A DNA stretch of 64,000 nt, taken from the human T2T-CHM13v2.0 reference genome, Homo sapiens. A model generated the notes under the pieces. The model ran no database searches. It was given only the letters and a program-made list of their open reading frames with translations, and was not told the origin of the DNA. Location: assembly GCF_009914755.1 (NCBI RefSeq), contig NC_060937.1, one strand, 5' to 3'. The translations under genes were made by a program, and so were the position numbers. Below, piece after piece: positions 56,000 to 64,000 of the stretch (within the stretch, counting starts at the first letter, position 1; each line of letters begins with the position of its first letter).

Positions 56000-56128
56000 T
56001 CTCTCTTTTTTGAGAGGGGCATATCAGTACGTTGCCCAGGCTAGTCTTGTTCTCCTGGACTCAAAGCAATCCTTGCACCTCAGCCTCCCAGCAGCTGGGA
56101 TTACAGGTGTGTGACCACTACATCTAGT
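56000..56128 (-). mobile_element. FLAM-like Alu monomer
   Basis: gttgcccaggctagtcttg...ctcctggactcaaagcaatcc...gctgggattacaggtgtg. Confidence 0.8.
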
Positions 56129-56568
56129 TTTTAACTTTAAAGCACCAACAATGTCAAACAAAGCCAATTAGCAGAAATTACTAGTAATAAAGCATGCTCA
56201 AAAAAAATCTATGTTTTATAATGTTTTTCTGATTATAATGATTTAAAAAAAAACCCCTATTTTGTGCAGCCTAATACAATAATATATCATGTAAAATTTA
56301 ATTATAGAATATAGGACATACATTTATTTCAGAAGCAGCATGATAAAAATACATTGGTAGTTTATATAAAATAAAACATATACAGGGAAAAATATCGGAA
56401 AAAATCCTCTTGTTAGGTGGAAAAATACTCATTTGTTGGTGGGAAAAATATTAATTTGGCTGTGAAAGTAGGTTTATCATCAAAGCTAGAGAGAATAATT
56501 AATATAGTCACAGGAATCTATAGGTTACTTCACCCCTGTGTAGTCTTTTAAAAATGTAATGGGAAATA

Positions 56569-56929
56569 CAGATTCTCCTTGACTTACAATGGGGTCATGT
56601 CCCAGTAAGTGCATCTTAAGTTGAAAATATCCTTAAGTCAAATGCATTTAATACACCTAACCTACCAAACATCATAGTTTAGACTAGCCAACTTTAAATA
56701 TTCTCAGAACACTTACATTAGCCTACATTTGAGCAAAATCATCTTAAAAAAGCCTATTTTATAATAAAATGTTGAATATGTCATGCAACTTATTAAATAC
56801 TCTACTGAATGTAAAAAACAGAATGTTTGTATGGGTACTCAAAGTACCCATATGAATGCACATGACTTTCGATCCATGGAAAAGTCTGAAAAATTTTAAG
56901 TCAAACCATCCTAAGTCAGGGACAACCAG
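56569..56929. mobile_element. MER47A-like TcMar-Tigger element
   Basis: TA|cagattctccttgacttacaatgggg ... ccatcctaagtcagggacaaccag|TA. Confidence 0.8.
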
Positions 56930-57662
56930 TACATTACTGCCTACATGGTCTTCCTCAAAAATGCCCATTTCCATCTGGCTGTGTTTTGTTGTCTTTCAAA
57001 ATAATGATCCTTGATAATTACCTTTTTGCATTGCACTTATTTTTGTGTTAAAATTATACCTTTCTGAGCCATGTAATATTTAAGTTAGTCAAATTATTAC
57101 AAAACAGATTTGTATTTTTGAGTTGTCATTAGTTGTAGAATTATTTAAGGGAAAAAACTTCAGATATTTATGTTGACAAGAAATGGACAGCAGCTATTAT
57201 CCAATCCCTTGCAGGTATACTTTGGTAAGTACAGATTAGTGAAATCAGAGATATTCCCTGATTTCCCTTCATAGAACTTCAGATGGTGTATAATTTCACA
57301 TTGCTCAGATATTAAAAGGTGAATAATAAAATCATTAGTCCCTTACTAAAAAGTTTGTTATAAATGAATATATATTCACATATATAAAGATATACATACA
57401 TACACACATATACATTATAGCCACATGTTGTAAGTGAATAGTGAATTAATGAAACTAATTAGCACAAATGCAGCTTCTGAAATTAGGTCATCTATAAAAG
57501 AAAAATAGGAACAAAATGGAATTCGACAAACACTGAAAGTTTAATTAAAATTAATACTGAATTTTCAAAAGAATCTGTTTATGGGGTACATAAAATGTAA
57601 CACTGTGACTGGTAAGTATGGCAAGGTTTAATTTATATGTTTCAACTCCATCATTATTGTAG

Positions 57663-58002
<340 letters not shown>

Positions 58003-58459
58003 GTCACTAATCTTTTTCTTATCTTGCATTGTGAATACACATACACATACACAATGTATATGTGTATTGTATACAATGTATATTCTATAGGTATATATTT
58101 ATATATAAGTATAAAGGTATATGACCATAGTGTCATACTGTCATATAGTATGTAGTTTATATGGTAACATAGATATATAAAAGTTAGCTTATGTTTCTTA
58201 GCAGTTGAAACCACTAAACTCTACTTGTAACTGTAATCAAATTGTAGTTTATTTTAGAAATCAATAGAAATTACTATCTGCTCAAAAATGTTCTGTTGGG
58301 CAGTAATAAAAGAAATTTAAGATCAAGATTGAAAAGGCATTATGAACAGCTTTAAGTCAGAAATTTGAAAAGTTACAGAAAATTAAAACATTAACTGCAA
58401 ATATGTAAATTATTAAAACAGACTGAAGAATATTACATTTCATAAACTCTGTGTAATGG

Positions 58460-61038
58460 TGTAACTGCCCAATGGCTTTACCTTACCCGCCACCTAGACT
58501 GAGCTGATTTATCAAGACAGGAGAATTGCAATAGAGAAAGAGTGATACACAGAACTGGCTGGCTGTGTGGGAGACTGGAGTTTTATTATTACTCATATCA
58601 GTCTCCCAGAGCATTCGCGGAGCAGAGTAGGGGGAGGCCAGTGAGCCGGCAGAGCTAATTGGTCAGGTTAGAGGCAAAATCACAGGGAGTCAAAGCTGTC
58701 TTCTTGTGCTGAGTCAGTTCCTGGGTGGGGGCCACGAGATTAGATGAGCCAGTTTATTGATCTGGGTGGTGCCAGCTAAACCATCAAGTGCAGGGTCTGC
58801 AAAATATCTCAAGCATTGATTTTTTTTGTTTTTTGTTTTTTGTTTTTTTTTGCGGCGCACTTGTACTTTTATCACGGACAATATGCCCCCATTCACATCC
58901 CCAAATCAGTGCTGTCCAGGCCACACCCAGGAGCCCCTGTCCAACCACTGCCCTCCCAGGGCCTCGCCCAGGCTTCCGTCACATACTAGGACGCACAGCA
59001 GCTCTTCCACTCTTACCTGAGGTTGTATTTTAAAAGCACATGCTGGTTGTAAACACTTCCAACAATGCAGAAATGAGCAAGAGGAAAGTGGAACTTGCTG
59101 TGGACAAGGCCACAGGACCACACTTTTGTTCCTGTTGGGATGCCTGGGTCGGTTTCACAGGTCGCCTCGCAGTCCTGCAGGCTGAACTCGTCTGTCTGGG
59201 CGCCCTGTGCTGCCTACCTCCTGGGCACTCTGGGGCGATGTGGACGGATGCGCTCTTGTCTAAGGTTCGGTGCGTGCAGTCAGGAATCTGCACCAAGAAT
59301 GGTCTGTCCATCAGTGAGGGAGAGTCCTCCCCGGGAGGGGCTTCCGTGCCTCCCATTCTGGGCACTTCCGGACTTTCTGCAGGAAGTGCTGTCTCTGAGT
59401 CATTCTGTTTTGTCCCGAGGCTGCTGTGAGGACGGGGACAGGTGAGCACATTCTGGAGGGTAGGGACGTGGGGGACGGCTTCAGTCCAGGCACAGCGGCA
59501 GGTCCCAGCTGCCCCGCTTTCCCTGGCCCGAGAAGAGCAGCCCCCAGCAGGCTGCGGGCACAATCCCGGCTCACGTAAGGCCTAGACCGCACTGCAGGGC
59601 CCCAGCAGCCCGCCTTAATTTTCACCTTTGTTCCCTCCTGCTTTCCAGCTTTGGGGTCCTTGTTAAGAGGGACTCGAACCACAAGGTTATAAACACGACA
59701 CCTGCATTCCCTTCCAATCCTTCATGGTTTTCTTTTTAACACACGAATCTTACAACCTTTACTTTTTCCAACTGGAAAACCAGTTTTTCCAACACTTTTT
59801 AAAAAACAAATTATCCTTTTATCATATACTGAAAGCCCTACCCATAACAAGCCCACTTCTGCCTTTGACTGTTCACTGACCCTTCATTTACTTCCTAAAC
59901 CAACCCTTTTTGGTAACTTTCAGTAAAGAGGTGGCTTTAACAAATATATTCTCCAGAAATCTCCAGAACCTTTGCGTGGGTCAGGGTGAAAGGTGCCGCC
60001 AGGATGTAAGCAGAACAGCTGAGTCCTCCTGGTAGGTGCCAGGTGCGATCTACACAGACCTCGTGTGTGGCAGACATGGAGTCAGACACGCTTCCTCAAA
60101 ACGCAGCCCCTGTCTCTGGCAGAGCACACAGCCTCCAGGGCCCTGTGGACAGGGCTGGTCCCAGTGTATCCACGCCACTTCCTGGGCTTGGGGGGTGGTA
60201 GGCCAGAGGCTGCCCGCAGCAGGAAGCCCACGCAGAGGCCAGGGCCTCTTGTTCCACTTGTGAGAGACCCCAGAAGGAACCAGGGGGCATCATCGGAGCC
60301 TGGGGCCCTGGCAGGGGAGCCCAAGGGCACAGCAGCTGCAGGCCGTTGGCAAGGCCAGAAGACGGTGAGTGGAAAGCCCGGGCGCGTGGAGAGACCCCAA
60401 GAAGGGGCTGTTCAGCTGTGAATCCTGCATTTGCCGTTCGTGTTTCATCTGGCGGTTTTGAAACCAGGTTTTCATCTGGACCTCTGTGAGCTGCATATCC
60501 CCGGCCAGCCACTTCCGCTCCAGAGGGCCCAGATACTGGTAGTGCCGGAAGACGCTCTCCAAGGCGCGAACCTGCTCTGTGGTGAAGGTTGTACAGACAT
60601 GGGACCGCCAGGAGTTTGGCTCCTTATTCAACCCTTCACAGAACAGGGTCATGCAGCCTCTCTGTCCTGGGCCCCCACCCCAGCCCCTTACTGCGGCTGG
60701 GGTGGCTCCTCTCTCCTCTCAAGCACTAATCCTAGAAGCAGTTTAGGGAGGGTCAGAATCTTGTAGCCTCCACCTGCATGACTCCTAAACCGTAATTTCT
60801 AATCTTGTGGCTAATTTCTTAGTCCTGCGAAGAGAGTCTACTCCTTAGGCAAGAAGGAGGTTTGTTTTGGGAAAGGGCTGTTATCTTTGTTCTAAACTAT
60901 AAACTAAGTTCCTCTCAAAGTTAGTTCAGCCTATGCCCAGGAATGAACAAGGACAGGTTGGAGGTTAGAAGCAAGATGGAGTTGATTAGATTAGATCTCT
61001 TTCACTGTCTCGGTCATAATTTTGCAATGACGGTTTCA
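58460..61038 (-). mobile_element. LTR8-like ERV1 solo LTR, split in two (58460-58820 and 60717-61038) by the VENTX retrocopy
   Basis: Minus-strand TGAAACCG...GGGCAGTTACA termini; perfect 4-bp TSD ATGG (58456-58459 and 61039-61042); AATAAA on minus near 58582; LTR text is continuous across the insertion. Confidence 0.85.
58821..60716 (-). pseudogene. VENTXP2: VENTX processed pseudogene (probably VENTXP2): homeobox, C-terminal coding region, long 3'UTR, poly(A) tail
   Basis: Translation GLNKEPN...TTFTTEQVRALESVFRHYQYLGPLERKWLAGDMQLTEVQMKTWFQNRQMKHERQMQD, then after a frameshift (~60379) AFHSPSSGLANGLQLLCPWAP...PETGAAF*, matching VENTX. No intron in the homeobox. Poly(A) at 58820-58851, GATAAA signal ~58868, 14-bp TSD tctcaagca(t/c)t(g/a)at. 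Confidence 0.9.
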
Positions 61039-61093
61039 ATGGTATGTTAGTGTTCATTTTATTCTCCATTTTATTGTGTATCTACATCTGTAC

Positions 61094-61524
61094 TTTCATG
61101 TGCGTCCGTGTGAAGAGACCACCAAACAGGCTTTGTGTGAGCACCATGGCTATTTATTTCACCTGGGTGCAGGTGGGCTGAGTCCAAAAAGAGAGTCAGC
61201 AAAGGGTGGTGGATTATCATTAGTTCTTATAGGTTTTGGGATAGGCAGTGAAGTTAAGAGCAATGTTTTGCGGGCAGAGCTGGATCTCACAAAGTACATT
61301 CTCAAGAGTGGGGAGAATTACAAAGAACCTTCTTAAGGGTGGGGGAGATTACAAAGTACATTGATCAGTTAGGGTGGGGCAGGAACAAATCACAATGGTG
61401 GAATGTCATCAGTTAAGGCTATTTTTACTACTTTTATGGATCTTCAGTTACTTCAGGCCATCTGGATGTATACCTGCAAGTCACAGGGGATGTGATGGCT
61501 TGGCTTGGGCTCAGAGGCCTGACA
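61094..61524 (-). mobile_element. HERV-H 3' LTR (LTR7 family, type II repeats; LTR7B/LTR7Y-like)
   Basis: Minus strand TGTCAGGCCTCTGAGCCCAAGC...CACACGGACGCACATGAAA; TATAA at 61231-61227; AATAAA at ~61158-61153; ~31-bp tandem U3 repeats; polypurine tract AAGAAGGCAGGAA at 61537-61525. Confidence 0.93.
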
Positions 61525-64000
61525 TTCCTGCCTTCTTATATTAATAGGAAAAATAAAACAAAATAGTGTTGAAGTGTTGAGGCGGCGAAAATTTTTAGGG
61601 GGTGGTATGGAGAGAGAATGGGCGATGTTTCTCAGGGCTGCTTCAAGTGGGATTAGGGGCGGCGTGGGAACCTAGAGTGGGAGAGATTAAGCTGAAGGAA
61701 GATTTTGTGGTAAGGGGCGATATTGTGGGGTTGTTAGAAGAAACGTTTGTCATTTAGAATTATTGGTGATGGCCTGGATACGGTTTTGTATGAATTGAAA
61801 AACTAAATGGAATAAGAGAAGGAGAAAAACAGGTATAAAAGGTCTAAGAATTGGGACAACCAAGGACATCTGATTAAAGAGTGCCTAAGGAGATTCAGCA
61901 TAGTCCTGCCAGCAAAGATTATTTATTTACTTCAAGAGTTAAGAGTGGCAGTTTGGGGATAGCAGGAGGAGATATCAGCTGTGGTGGCTTGGAGAAACTG
62001 TGTAAACCGGCAGTGTAAACAAGAGCAGGGCATGTATGAGTAGTTGAGAACGGAGAATAGGAGTATGACTAGACGGAAAATAGTAGGGATGACAGGTTTT
62101 TTTGGGGGCACAGTCTAAGTTGGTCTGGTGTCTGGAATAAGACTGGGGCCTAATAAAAAGGAGCTCAAATGGGCTGTACCTTGTAGCATTCCGAGGACAG
62201 GCCTGAATTCTGAGAAGCGAAAGTGGTAAAAGTATTGTCCAGTCCTCTTTAAGTTGGTAGCTGAGCTTGGTGAGGTGTGTTTTTAAAAGACCTTTAGTCC
62301 ATTCTACTTTTCTTGAAGATGGAGGACCGTAAGGGATATAAAGGTTTCACTGAATACTAACAGCCTGAAAAACTGCTTGGCTGATTTGACTAATAAAGGC
62401 TGGTCTGTTGTCGGACGGTATAGAGGTGGGAAGGCTAAACTGAGGAATTATGTCTGACAGAAGGGAAGAAATGACTGCGGTGGCCTTCTCAGACCCTGTA
62501 GGAAAGGCCTTTACTTATTCAGTGAAAGTGTCTATTTAGACTAACAGATATTTTAGTTTCCTGACTCAGGGCATGTTGAGTAAAGCTAATTTGCCAGTCC
62601 TGGGTGGGGGCAAATCCTCGAGCTTGATGTGTAGGGAAGGGAGGGGGCCTGAATAATCCCTGAGGAGTAGTAGAATAGCAGATGGAACACTGAGAAGTTA
62701 TTTCCTTGAGGATAGATTTCCACGATGGAAAGGAAATGAGAGGTTCTGAGAGGCGGGCTAGTGGCTTATACTATAGCATAGCCTGCCTCTGCTGGTGTGT
62801 GGCAATTAGGCCTGATGGAACTGCCATCAAGAAATCAAGCGTGATCAGAGTGAGGAACAGGAAAGAAGGAAATATGGGGAAATGGGGTGAATATCGGGTG
62901 GATCAGAGGGATACAGTCATGGGGGTCAGGTGTGGTATCGGAAATAATGTGTGAGGCCAGATTGAAGTCCGGGCCGGGAACAATGGTAATTGTGGGACTT
63001 AACAAAGAGTGAGTACAGCTGAAGGAGCTGGGGAGCAGAAAGTATATGCGTCAGCTATGAGGAAGAAAATAGATTTTGGAAGTTATGAGAAATGTAGAGA
63101 GTGAGTTGAGCATAGTTTGTGATTTTTAGGACCTCTAAAAGTATTAAAGCAGTGGCAGCCACTGCACGCAGACATGAGGGCTAGGCTAAAACAGTAAGGT
63201 CAAGTTGTTTGGACAGAAAGGCTACAGGGTGCAGTCCTGGCTCTTGTGTAAGAACTCTGACCGCACTAACCATGCCTAGGAAGGAAAGGAGTTGTTGTTT
63301 TGTAAGGGATTGAGGTTTGGGAGATTAATCGGACATGATCAGCGGGAGAGCACGTGTGTTTTTATGAGAATTATGCCGAGATAGGTAACAGATGAGGATG
63401 AAATTTGGGCATGACTGAAGTAATGGGGGCTGTCTGTGAAGCCTTGCAGCAGTACAGCCCAGGTAATTTGCTGAGCCTAATGGGTGTCAGGGTCAGTCTA
63501 AGTGAAAGCAAAGAGAGGCTGGGATGAAGGGTGCAAAGGAATAGTAAAGAAAGCATGTTTGAAATCCAGAACAGAATAATGAGTAGTAGAGGGAGGTATT
63601 GGGGATAGGAGACTATATGGGTTTGGCACCACGGGGTGGATAGGCAAAACAATTTGGTTGATAAGGCGCAGATTCTGAACTAATTTGTAAGCCTTGCCTG
63701 GTTTTAGGACAGGTAAAATGGGGGAATGGTAAGGAGAGTTTATAGGCTTTAAAAGGCCATGCTGTAGCAGGCGAGTGATAACAGGCTTTAATCCTTTTAA
63801 ATCGTGCTGTGGGATGGGATCTTGACATTGAGCGGGGTAAGGGTGATTAGGTTTTAATGAGATGGTAAGAGGTGCATGATCGGTCGCCAAGGAGGGAGTA
63901 GAGGTATCTTATACTTGTGGGTTAAGGTTGGGGAATACAAGAGGAGGACGCAAAGGAGGCTTTGGATTGGGAAGAAGGGCGGCAATGAGATGCTGTAGTC
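61525..64000 (-). mobile_element. HERV-H internal region (deleted pol/env), continues beyond the window
   Basis: RT N-terminal fragment 63498..63890 (KPINSPYHSPILPVLKP..YKLVQNLRLIN..PNPY..YSVLDFKHAFFTIPLHP..FAFT*); only ~2.3 kb from RT start to the 3' LTR. Confidence 0.93.

Noticed and set aside
58034-58068. 15-bp imperfect hairpin aatacacatacacat/atgtatatgtgtatt as a possible miRNA precursor
   Set aside because: Low-complexity CA/TA repeat; the stem is too short and AT-rich.
58714-60421. Many overlapping ORFs up to 177 aa
   Set aside because: They come from the GC-rich 3'UTR and antisense strand of the VENTX pseudogene, where stop codons are rare.

Overview
This window is primate DNA, almost certainly human: it carries an AluYa5 and a SLITRK1 plus VENTX-pseudogene arrangement consistent with chr13q31.1. 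It is AT-rich and gene-poor. The one protein-coding gene is SLITRK1 (minus strand, intronless CDS 32212..34302, 696 aa), with a ~2.2 kb 3'UTR holding the miR-189/miR-24-1-5p site and a GC/CpG-rich leader/promoter. About 25 kb upstream of SLITRK1, on the same strand, a VENTX retrocopy (probably VENTXP2) is inserted inside an LTR8 solo LTR. That LTR lies 55 bp from the 3' LTR of a deleted HERV-H provirus that runs off the window end. The rest is Alu, L1, L2, MIR, MER and LTR relics plus microsatellites. The most notable observations are: (1) a co-oriented HERV-H LTR7 > LTR8 > VENTX-retrocopy cassette whose 5' end looks like retained intron; (2) a split, non-canonical RE1/NRSE site in the SLITRK1 leader; (3) stacked uORFs abutting the SLITRK1 AUG; (4) clustered miR-27/miR-189/miR-183 sites; (5) an inverted-repeat-flanked templated copy of nearby sequence that seeded a GATA microsatellite. 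No clearly new gene system is demonstrated; these are testable hypotheses. Repeat family names come from recalled consensus sequences, and boundaries of old repeats are approximate.
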